Both the position numbers and the translations under genes were made by a program. Under the pieces are notes generated by a model that made no database searches, had not been told where the DNA came from, and saw only the letters and a list, made by a program, of their open reading frames with translations. This document shows positions 56,152 through 64,000 of a DNA stretch of 64,000 nt, one piece after another (within the stretch, counting starts at the first letter, position 1; every line of letters begins with the position of its first letter). The stretch is from a bacterium (lineage in GTDB: Bacteria > UBA8248), in the NCBI GenBank assembly GCA_965219955.1, contig OZ244799.1, forward strand, positions 3,200,001-3,264,000. The letters run 5' to 3'.

Positions 56152-56460
56152 ATCCGCGCATTTGCCGTCACGGGATTTTCGCGGCGGTGGGGCATGCCCG
56201 GAAGGCCGCCGGTCGGCCCCCGGTTTTTCAGGCGGCGGAGCGGGCGCGGATCGCGGGTGCCGGGTGGACGCTCCGGCGAAATGAGGAACATGCAAAATGC
56301 AAAAAATAATATCCGAAAAATTAGATAAAATTAGATAAATTCACGGGGTTTTTCGATAAATAAGTGTAAATTATTTTTTCGGGAAAGACGCCGCCGCAAC
56401 CAGGCGCAGGGGGATTCTGCCATGGCCTGCGATACATGCGGTGACGGCAAATGCGCGGAT
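56152..56460. repeat. Perfect 20-bp inverted repeat enclosing an AT-rich segment
   Basis: ATCCGCGCATTTGCCGTCAC (56152-56171) and GTGACGGCAAATGCGCGGAT (56441-56460); a third partial copy CGCATTTGCCGTCA lies at 52550-52563. Confidence 0.85.
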
Positions 56461-56522
56461 TTGCAGGGAGTTGCGCCCCGCTCAGGTTGTCCGCCCGGCG
56501 CGCGCGTACCTCATCGCGCGCC

Positions 56523-56750
56523 CTAAGGTCCGGGATAGGCCTCGGGGGGTTTGGCGTCGTCCGTCGATCTCTTTGATTTTACTCGCCTTCTGGTGACGAT
56601 GGAATCGTCCTTGAGCCGCGCGATCGGGTCTTCCTCATCGTCCCCGCGTCCGTAGGCGTTGCCCTTCTCGAAGGCGAGCCTGCCGAAGAGGCGGTTGAGA
56701 TTATTGCGCGCGACCTCCTCGTCTTCGGCCTCATGCTTTCGTTTCTTCAT
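56523..56750 (-). CDS. Small charged hypothetical protein
   Basis: 75 aa; GGGGAG upstream of ATG 56750; co-oriented with the upstream gene. Confidence 0.5.
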   Translation of the reverse strand: MKKRKHEAEDEEVARNNLNRLFGRLAFEKGNAYGRGDDEEDPIARLKDDSIVTRRRVKSKRSTDDAKPPEAYPGP

Positions 56751-56790
56751 ATCTGCTCTCTCCCCTGTTTCGTCGAGTAAAGTCAATAGT

Positions 56791-57897
56791 TTACAGGAAT
56801 CGCCACCTCTCGCCCACCGCCATGACCTTGACGCGGGAGGCATCGGCGCCCGTCTCGGCCATGTGCTGCCTGAGCACCCTGGGCGGATGGTCGAGCGGCT
56901 CGTCCGTCAGGTCGAACGTACCCCAGTGCATGGGGATCATCCACCGCGCGCCCAGCTCCTGAAACGCCCGCAGCCCCTCGGCGGGGTTCATGTGGGAGTA
57001 GCGCATCATCCAGCGGGGCTCGTACGCGCCGATGGGGAGCATCGCCACGTCGATGGGGCTGAACTTGCGGCCGAACTCCCGAAACCCTTGAAAATAGCCG
57101 CTGTCGCCGCCGTGATAATACTTTCGCCCGCCGGTTTCGACCAGCCACGAACACCAGAGCGTGGAGTCCCGCGCCATCCCGAAGCGGTTCGACCAGTGCT
57201 GCGCGGGCAGGCAGGTCAGGCGGACGTCTCCATGCTCAGCACTCCGCCACCAGTCGAGCTCCACGGCGCGCCTGCCAAGCGACTCCACGAACCCGCCCAG
57301 CCCCATCGGAACGAACCACGTGACGTCTTCGGGCAGGTTCTCAATCGTCCATGAATCGAGGTGATCGTAATGGTTGTGGGAGACCAGCGCCGCGGCGCCT
57401 TTCGGAATCGAGGCCGCAGGCACGCCAGGGGGCTGACGGCGTCCATGCCAGAAAGCGCCCGCGCCGAAATGCGGGTCCGCCAGGACGACGTTCGGGCCGT
57501 CCTGAATGATGAAGCCGCAATGCCCGACACAGGTGACGGAAGGCTCGTCCTGCGGCTTCGCCAGATACGCGCCGTCGTTGGAAACGACTGGAACTTCCGG
57601 CGTTTTGGCGTTTTTGATCTCCGCGAACTCGTTTCGGTACAGGAACTTCCATTTGTACAGATTGGCCCGCGAGCCCGGGTTCGGCCACCAGGGGTTGAAC
57701 CACTTGCCCGGCTCGCCGTGCGGCCAGTAGAGGGATTCCGCCTCGCGCGAGACGAGGCCCTGCGCTTCGGGAGGCGGCGCCGTCGGCCCCTTGATGCCCA
57801 GACCCATCTTCGCGCACCCTCCCGCCAGCCCCAGGGCGCCGAGGCCTGCGAGACCGGCGCGCTTGAGAAATTTCCGTCTGCCGATTTTCGGTTTCAT
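56791..57897 (-). CDS. MBL-fold metallo-hydrolase (NAPE-PLD/RomA-like), Tat-exported lipoprotein
   Basis: GRRKFLK Tat motif and AGGC lipobox; SHNHYDHLD, PAQHWS, GGDSGY, PIGAYEPRW, PMHWGTF. Confidence 0.92.
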   Translation of the reverse strand: MKPKIGRRKFLKRAGLAGLGALGLAGGCAKMGLGIKGPTAPPPEAQGLVSREAESLYWPHGEPGKWFNPWWPNPGSRANLYKWKFLYRNEFAEIKNAKTPEVPVVSNDGAYLAKPQDEPSVTCVGHCGFIIQDGPNVVLADPHFGAGAFWHGRRQPPGVPAASIPKGAAALVSHNHYDHLDSWTIENLPEDVTWFVPMGLGGFVESLGRRAVELDWWRSAEHGDVRLTCLPAQHWSNRFGMARDSTLWCSWLVETGGRKYYHGGDSGYFQGFREFGRKFSPIDVAMLPIGAYEPRWMMRYSHMNPAEGLRAFQELGARWMIPMHWGTFDLTDEPLDHPPRVLRQHMAETGADASRVKVMAVGERWRFL

Positions 57898-57945
57898 CGC
57901 AACCTGCGCGGCGGCTCAGAGCGCCCCGTTCTCCGGGGACGAAAA

Positions 57946-58848
57946 TCAATCAAGTGACGCATACCACTCCGCAATCGCCCGGCCCATCTCATCGGGCGAG
58001 TCCTCATGGCAGTAGTGAAGCCCGGCCACCGTCACCTCCTCCACGTTCGGCCAGCTGCGAATCATGCTGCGGTGCTCCCCCACGAGCACGGCGCCGGGGT
58101 CTGAATTGATGAACAGTTTCGGCACGGGGTGTCGCTCCAGCCAGGCGTTGTTGCGCTCGATGATCTCGAGCACGTCCGCGGGCTCTCCCTCTATGGGAAT
58201 CTCGCGCGGCCAGGTGAGCGTGGGCCTTCTGTCCTCGCCGGGATTGCGATAGGGCCTCCGGTACTCGTCGTGAATTTCCCGAGATACCTCGCGGATGACC
58301 ATGGCGGGCAGAATCTTCTCCACGAAGAAGTTCTGCTCCAGGACGAGCTTTTCGCCCTCCCCGCTCCTGAACCTCTTGAAAAGCGCCTGTACTTCGGGCG
58401 GCCAATGGCTCCACTCGAAATCGCCGACCACCCCCTGGCAGATCACGACGCCCTTGAGCGCATCCTGTCTCTCCGACGCCCATGTGAAGCCCAGTTGCGC
58501 GCCCCAGTCGTGCGTCACGATGGTGACGTTCTCCGTGACCCCAAGCGCATCCATGAGCGCGTTCGTGAAAGGCTGGTGATCCCTCAAGCGGTACATGGAG
58601 CCGGGGAGCTTTTCGGAATCGCCCTGGCCGATGTTGTCTATCGCGATGCAGCGGCCCAGCCCCTCGACGTGGGGGATCACGTTCCGCCACATGTAGGAGG
58701 AAGTGATGTTGCCGTGAAAAAAGACGATAGGATCCCCCTCGCCCGCCTCCACGTAGGCCATCTTCCGGCCCAGGACTTGCGCGAATTTTTTCTCATACTT
58801 CATGCGAGGCTCTATCATCGCCCCCCCATTTGAACCTGTTCTATTCAC
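57946..58848 (-). CDS. Haloalkane dehalogenase (HLD-II, DhaA/LinB-like)
   Basis: HGNITSSYMWRN, HDWG, RRPTLTWPREIP, GLHYCHEDSP. Start may be 58818. Confidence 0.9.
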   Translation of the reverse strand: MNRTGSNGGAMIEPRMKYEKKFAQVLGRKMAYVEAGEGDPIVFFHGNITSSYMWRNVIPHVEGLGRCIAIDNIGQGDSEKLPGSMYRLRDHQPFTNALMDALGVTENVTIVTHDWGAQLGFTWASERQDALKGVVICQGVVGDFEWSHWPPEVQALFKRFRSGEGEKLVLEQNFFVEKILPAMVIREVSREIHDEYRRPYRNPGEDRRPTLTWPREIPIEGEPADVLEIIERNNAWLERHPVPKLFINSDPGAVLVGEHRSMIRSWPNVEEVTVAGLHYCHEDSPDEMGRAIAEWYASLD

Positions 58849-59887
58849 CTACCCGCAAGACCAGTTTGCCGCGCACGTGGCCCCCTTCCAGGAGCGTGTG
58901 GGCGGCAGCGATGTTTTCGGCGTTCATGACCCCCATGCCGGTGACCTCCGGCGCCTTGATCTCCCCCGCCTCCACCCAGTCGCGGATTTCCTCGAGCGCC
59001 TTCTTGTAGACGCCGTAGTAGGCGGGGCCGCCCCCGCGCACGGGGGCGCGCAGGAAGGTGCCGTGAAACGAAGCCGACTTGGTGAACAGAGGGCCTTCCT
59101 GGGATGAGAAAAACTCGTCGATGGGCGCGCCCGGTTCCGGCGCGATGGAGGAGATCCGCCCCCAGTAGTCCACCACCTCGCAGCAGAGTTTCTTCATCTC
59201 GCGGCCCACGAAATCGAACGTGGCCGGATATAGACGGCCTCCGTTCATCTCCACCGCCTTGCCAGCCAACTCATCGAGCGATAGCCCGGCATACCTGAGC
59301 ACGCCGACGGGGACGGGTGCGATCAAATCCTCGATGTATTTTGCGCTCTCATCGCTCCCCGCCGTCACGACGATGGGAGAAGCCCCGATGCGCGCGAGCA
59401 TCTGAAGCCCCATGGTCCCCACGCCGCCCGAACCGCCCGCCACGAATACCGCCTCTCCCGCCTGCACGCGCGCCTTCATGATCACCGCCTCATGGGCGGT
59501 CAGCGACACGAGCGGCAGCGCGGCCGCCTGCTCGAAAGTGGCGTTCCCCGGCTTTTTCACCACGAATGCCTGGTGGATGCACACGAACTCGGCATACCCG
59601 TCCCCGCCGCTGTCGCCGAACCTCGGCAGATAGGCCATCACCTCATCTCCGGGGGAGAACTCCGACACGTTCGCGCCCACCGATTCCACCACGCCCGCAG
59701 TATCCCTGCCCAGAATGATGGGAACCGCGCCCTGGTTGCCGCCCCGTCTGGCCTTGAAATCGGTCGGGTTCACGGAGACCGCCTTCGCCCGGATCTTCAC
59801 CTGATCGGCATCGGGTTCTCTCTCGGGCCAATCTGCGTCCTCGAAATTCTCCACACCGCCGAACTCTTTCAACACGACTGCTCGCAT
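58841..59887 (-). CDS. NADP-dependent quinone oxidoreductase (MDR family)
   Basis: SVNPTD, LGRDTAGVV, AAALPLVSLTA, GGSGGVG, GKLVL. Confidence 0.9.
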   Translation of the reverse strand: MRAVVLKEFGGVENFEDADWPEREPDADQVKIRAKAVSVNPTDFKARRGGNQGAVPIILGRDTAGVVESVGANVSEFSPGDEVMAYLPRFGDSGGDGYAEFVCIHQAFVVKKPGNATFEQAAALPLVSLTAHEAVIMKARVQAGEAVFVAGGSGGVGTMGLQMLARIGASPIVVTAGSDESAKYIEDLIAPVPVGVLRYAGLSLDELAGKAVEMNGGRLYPATFDFVGREMKKLCCEVVDYWGRISSIAPEPGAPIDEFFSSQEGPLFTKSASFHGTFLRAPVRGGGPAYYGVYKKALEEIRDWVEAGEIKAPEVTGMGVMNAENIAAAHTLLEGGHVRGKLVLRVGE

Positions 59888-59898
59888 TTTTTCCTCCG

Positions 59899-60684
59899 CT
59901 ATACCATCCAGGCCCCGCCTGCGACGACCATTCCCTGGCCCGTGACGTTACGGCTCTCATCGCTCGCAAGATAGACCGCCATGTGGCCCACGTCGTCCGT
60001 CGTCTGTTCGCGTCCCAGGGGAACCGTCGCCTCGACGTACTCGTCGAATACCCGTCTCGCGGGCCTGTCCGTCTCCGCGCCGATGATGACGCCGTGACCC
60101 TTCTCCCAGATGTTCGTCCACAAAAGACCCGGGTTGATCGCGTTCACGTTCACGTTGCAGGGAGCCATCTCCCTGGCGAAGCTCATGGTGAAGTTCATGC
60201 ACGCCGCCTTGGACGCGGAATAATGCGGCACGTCCGCGTTCGCGCGTCTCGCGGCGAGTGAAGCCAGGTTGATGATCTTCCCGTATCTGCGCTCGCGCAT
60301 ATGGGGAGCGACAGCCCGGCACATCAGAAAAACGCCCGCCGCGTTCACCGCGAAGACGGCGTTCCACTCTTCCAGCGTTATCCGGTCGATGGGCCTTCCC
60401 ACGAGCGCGGCCCCTCTGCCGTGGCAGTTCACCAGGATGTCGATATGCCCCATCCGCTCGACCGCCGCACGGATGACGTTCTCAGCTTCCGCCTCGCTCG
60501 ACACGTCCGCCGCCAGGGCGAAATGCGCCCCTTCGCCCGCGTCGTCGAGTCCTCCTTGAGTTGCCTCATCGCTCAAGTCGACCACGCAAACTTGCGCGCC
60601 CTCCCGGGAGAAAGCGCGGACGATGGCCCGGCCGATTCCGCCGCCGCCGCCCGTTACGACCGCCTTTTTCCCTTCCAGACGCAT
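59899..60684 (-). CDS. SDR oxidoreductase, paralog 2 of a tandem pair
   Basis: TGGGGGIG, YSASK, VNAINPG; 261 aa. Confidence 0.92.
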   Translation of the reverse strand: MRLEGKKAVVTGGGGGIGRAIVRAFSREGAQVCVVDLSDEATQGGLDDAGEGAHFALAADVSSEAEAENVIRAAVERMGHIDILVNCHGRGAALVGRPIDRITLEEWNAVFAVNAAGVFLMCRAVAPHMRERRYGKIINLASLAARRANADVPHYSASKAACMNFTMSFAREMAPCNVNVNAINPGLLWTNIWEKGHGVIIGAETDRPARRVFDEYVEATVPLGREQTTDDVGHMAVYLASDESRNVTGQGMVVAGGAWMV

Positions 60685-60767
60685 TCGCATTGCCCCTTGA
60701 AACAAGTCTTGTCCCGTTACACCTGGTCAAAACCACCCAGCCATATTTTTCGGTGAAAAGACCTTCT

Positions 60768-61553
60768 CTAAACCATCCAGGCCCCGCCGGCGAGGAGCAG
60801 GCCCTGCCCCGTGACGTTTTGGCTCTCATCGCTCGCGAGATAGACCGCCATGTGGCCCACGTCGTCAGGGGTCTGCTCGCGGCCCAGGGGGACCGCCGCC
60901 TGTACGAACTCGTCGAATACCCGTCTGGGAGGCCTGTCCGTCTCCGCCCCGATGATGACGCCGTGGCCCTTCTCCCAGAGGTTCGTCCAGAGCAAGCCCG
61001 GGTTGATCGCGTTCACGTTCACGTTGTAGGGGGCCATCTCCTTGGCGAGGCTCATGGTGAAGTTCATGCACGCCGCCTTGGAAGCGCAATAATGCGGCAC
61101 GTTCTCGTTCGCGCGCCTCGCGGCGAGCGAGGCCAGGTTGATGATCTTGCCGTACCTGCGCTCGCGCATATGGGCGGCGATGGCCCGGCACATCAGGAAC
61201 ACGCCCGTTGCGTTCACGTTGAAGACGGCGTTCCATTCTTCGAGCGTTATGTTGTCGATCGGGTTTCCCATGAGCGCGGAAGCCCTGCCGTGGCAGTTCA
61301 CCAGAATGTCGACCTGCCCCATCCGCTCGATGGCGGTGCGGATGATGTTTTCCGCCTCCGTCTCGCTCGTCACGTCCGCCGCCAGGGCGAAATGCTCCCC
61401 CTCTCCCGCGTCGTCGAGTCCCTGCTGAGTCACTTCCTCGTTGATGTCGACCACGCAAATCCGCGCACCCTCGCGGGCGAACGCGCGAATGATGCCCCGG
61501 CCGATTCCGCCGCCGCCTCCGGTGACGACCGCTGTTTTTCCTTCCAGACGCAT
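60768..61553 (-). CDS. SDR oxidoreductase, paralog 1 of a tandem pair
   Basis: TGGGGGIG, YCASK, VNAINPG; 261 aa; GGAGG RBS before ATG 61553. Confidence 0.92.
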   Translation of the reverse strand: MRLEGKTAVVTGGGGGIGRGIIRAFAREGARICVVDINEEVTQQGLDDAGEGEHFALAADVTSETEAENIIRTAIERMGQVDILVNCHGRASALMGNPIDNITLEEWNAVFNVNATGVFLMCRAIAAHMRERRYGKIINLASLAARRANENVPHYCASKAACMNFTMSLAKEMAPYNVNVNAINPGLLWTNLWEKGHGVIIGAETDRPPRRVFDEFVQAAVPLGREQTPDDVGHMAVYLASDESQNVTGQGLLLAGGAWMV

Positions 61554-61832
61554 TCGAATCCCTCCATGATAGACGCCCCTGCTCATTGCACCGGGCAAAA
61601 ACCGCTCACGCATCTTTCGAGGCCGAAAATGATTTCCGTTCCTGAAGCGCGATGTCCGCCGATTCTAGCAAGATTCGAACGGGGTGAGTATCTCCCGGCC
61701 TCAACGCCTGAAACTCACTCTCGGGGAGTTTCCCCCGCACGGGGAGAATGGTATTCTCCCCCCGTTTCGAAACCCTTTACAGATCGACTGCGGGCATCAC
61801 AAGAATGTCCCTCAAAACGACAGGAGCATGAA

Positions 61833-62267
61833 ATGTCTCTGATCAAAATGGCGAAAGAATCCATCGACATCGGCATCGTGGTGAAGGATCTGGGCGTCGC
61901 CGAGAAATTCTACGGCGGTGTGCTGGGCCTTCCGATCGTGCGCGAAGTCGAGATTACGTCGGACAAGGCCTCCCAGGCCGGCTGCGCATCGGGCAGGTTC
62001 GAGTTCAAGGCGTTCCAGGCCGGCGAGGTGCAGCTCAAGGTCGTCCAGGCGGATTCCGACCCGCCGGCGGGCGGCGGAATCGTGGACGCCTCGACCGGAT
62101 ACCGCTACCTGACGTTCACCGTCGAAAGCGTACAGGAAGCCCACGACGCACTCGTGGCGGCGGGCGTGAAGATGATGGGCGAGATCACCGAGGTCGTGCC
62201 GGGCCGGTTCATCATCTTCTTCCAGGACCCCGACGGAAACATGCTGGAGTGCGTCGGCCCCAGATAA
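61833..62267 (+). CDS. VOC/glyoxalase family protein
   Basis: IGIVVKDL..AEKFYGGVLGL, YLTFTVESV, FFQDPDGNMLE; AGGAG RBS. Confidence 0.9.
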   Translation: MSLIKMAKESIDIGIVVKDLGVAEKFYGGVLGLPIVREVEITSDKASQAGCASGRFEFKAFQAGEVQLKVVQADSDPPAGGGIVDASTGYRYLTFTVESVQEAHDALVAAGVKMMGEITEVVPGRFIIFFQDPDGNMLECVGPR

Positions 62268-62357
62268 GCTTGATGCGCGCGGACATTTCGCCAACCTTGA
62301 AATACGACGTACGCGCGCCTCGGAGCAATAACCCTACCGTGTAGCTGGAGTATCGAG

Positions 62358-62978
62358 ATGTACGAGTTTCTCCAGGAATATCTGGTGGAATTCGCCTATG
62401 GCGGGGTATTTCTCGTCCTTTTTCTTTGCGGCCTGGGTCTCCCCGTGCCCGAAGACATCCCCATCATCACCTCGGGCTATCTCGTGCACCTGGGCACCAT
62501 GTCCTTCTGGCCCGCGCTCACCGTGAACCTTCTCGGCATCATGCTCGGCGACCTGATGATCTATGGCTTCGGCTACTGGATGGGACCCAAGGCGCTCGAG
62601 TACCGTCTGCTTCGCTCCGTCATAACGCACGAGCGCATGGAGAAAGTGCACAGTTTCTTTGATCGTCACGGGAGAAAGGCCATCTTCTTCGGGCGGTTCG
62701 TCGCTGGTCTGCGCGCGCCGCTGTTTCTCGCGGCGGGGATCACCCGTCTTCCGATTCGGATATTCTTCGGTATGGATCTGGCCGCCGCACTCCTGAGCGT
62801 GCCGCTGCTGCTTGCGGCTGCCTGGTATTTCGGGGATCACATCGACGATTTTCGCAGGATGGTGGGAACGGGCAAGGCCGTATTCATCCTCCTCGTAGTT
62901 GCCGTGGCCGTCTGGGTGGGGGGGAAATATCTTTGGCGAAAGTGGCGGTCGAAAGATTCCCGCCCCGTCTCAGACTGA
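62358..62978 (+). CDS. DedA family membrane protein
   Basis: GLPVPED, LGDLMIYGFG, FFGRFVAGLR. Confidence 0.92.
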   Translation: MYEFLQEYLVEFAYGGVFLVLFLCGLGLPVPEDIPIITSGYLVHLGTMSFWPALTVNLLGIMLGDLMIYGFGYWMGPKALEYRLLRSVITHERMEKVHSFFDRHGRKAIFFGRFVAGLRAPLFLAAGITRLPIRIFFGMDLAAALLSVPLLLAAAWYFGDHIDDFRRMVGTGKAVFILLVVAVAVWVGGKYLWRKWRSKDSRPVSD

Positions 62979-63926
62979 GGTTCCGGCCAGCGAGGAGGAC
63001 TCCGGCCCGTAAACGGCGCCCGCGTCGATTTCATGCGCGCCGCGCGGGTCGATTCTGAGCACGTGCATCCGGCATCCGATGCCGCGTGACTGGTACACCT
63101 CGCGCATGGCGTTGCCCACCCTGCCGGGATGGCGCCGGCAGATGGCAAGGATGCAAGGCCCCGCACCGCTGATACACGCCCCCAGCGCGCCGGCTTCGTA
63201 GGCGGCCTCGAATACCTCTTCCAGCGGACCCATCAACTCCGCCCGATAGGGCTGGTGCAGCCTGTCCTGCATGGCTTCGCGGAACAGCTCGTCGCGTCCG
63301 GTGGCGAACGCCGCCATGAGCGCACCGACCCTCTGGACGTTGAAGATCGCGTCGCTCAGGGAAACCTCCCCGGGCAGTTTTTGTCTCGCCGCATGCGTGC
63401 TCACTTCGAAGTCGGGGATTACGATGACCCAGCGGTAATCCTCCACCACGGGCATGCGCGTGTAGATGGTCTGTCCATCCGTGGTGGTCGCCGAGATACA
63501 GAAACCCCCTATCAGCGCGGGCACGACGTTGTCGGGGTGCCCTTCCATCTCCACGGCGATTTGCACGAGTTCGTCCATGCCCAACGGGCTGCCGAGCAGG
63601 ATGTTCGCCCCCACGATTCCGCCCACGATGGCGGCCGAACTGCTCCCCAGCCCGCGCGCCAGCGGGATGTGGTTGCGCTGCTTCATCCACAAGCCGCTGA
63701 AGGGCCGGCCGACCCGATCGTACACGCGCTTTACGGCCTGGACGCAGACGTTCGATTCATCCTTGGGGATGACGTCGCGGCCCTCACCTTCGACTTCGAG
63801 CGCAACGCCCCAGGGGAGGCTGTCGAGTTCTATACGGTTATAAATCCGGAGCGCGACGCCCAGGGCATCGAAACCAGGACCCAGATTCGTCGTACTCGCA
63901 GGAACCTGCACGCGCACCAAAGCCAA
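62970..63926 (-). CDS. thrB: Homoserine kinase
   Basis: VPASTTNLGPGFDALG, IPLARGLGSS, EGHPDN, DRLHQPYR, ISGAGP. Confidence 0.95.
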   Translation of the reverse strand: MALVRVQVPASTTNLGPGFDALGVALRIYNRIELDSLPWGVALEVEGEGRDVIPKDESNVCVQAVKRVYDRVGRPFSGLWMKQRNHIPLARGLGSSSAAIVGGIVGANILLGSPLGMDELVQIAVEMEGHPDNVVPALIGGFCISATTTDGQTIYTRMPVVEDYRWVIVIPDFEVSTHAARQKLPGEVSLSDAIFNVQRVGALMAAFATGRDELFREAMQDRLHQPYRAELMGPLEEVFEAAYEAGALGACISGAGPCILAICRRHPGRVGNAMREVYQSRGIGCRMHVLRIDPRGAHEIDAGAVYGPESSSLAGTSV

Positions 63927-64000
63927 GAGAATCTCCTCGAAACGAGCTTATATCGAGCGGATATCCGGGGAGAGAGCGAAGGCGCAGCCCGCCGCGCGCA

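Noticed and set aside
60561-62267. 568-aa ORF from the track
   Set aside because: It is an antisense shadow of the SDR that happens to be in frame with the VOC gene, which has its own RBS at 61833.
1-64000. tRNA/rRNA genes, an integrase or a RAYT transposase
   Set aside because: No cloverleaf, rRNA-like sequence, tyrosine/serine recombinase or HUH transposase motif was recognised.

Overview
A GC-rich bacterial chromosome segment with about 55 protein-coding genes and no rRNA, tRNA or CRISPR array. The giant ankyrin lipoprotein, haloalkane dehalogenase and very dense intergenic repeats suggest a host-associated (for example sponge-symbiont) lineage; this is inference only. Core content: a split futalosine menaquinone cluster (mqnE, mqnA, mqnC and a deaminase), bioF, thrB, crcB, a CoA-transferase, a TRAP transporter, chrA, a CP-ATP-grasp/alpha-E/transglutaminase trio, and many oxidoreductases and hydrolases. 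The ORF track misses two probable selenoproteins with in-frame UGA: an AhpD/CMD-like CxxU protein (18180-18452) and a DsrE-like UxxC protein (46795-47154). About 15 intergenic spaces hold a combinatorial repeat system in which five REP-like palindrome families are mixed and nested, mostly inside shared GGGYTGTTGAAAA...TTTTCAACARCCC termini; these repeats supply the stop codons of several genes. Two IS elements (IS1380 and IS1182 families) sit head-to-head at one TTAA/TTAG site. An accessory island (about 52.5-56.5 kb), bracketed by its own ~25-bp motif, carries an uncharacterised three-gene operon ending in a possible ADP-ribosyltransferase-fold toxin, plus a HigBA-type pair. Also notable are an in-frame MqnA-amidase fusion, a Panacea toxin-antitoxin pair and an orphan UDG-superfamily gene. 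All functional calls come from motif recognition by eye; no database searches were run.
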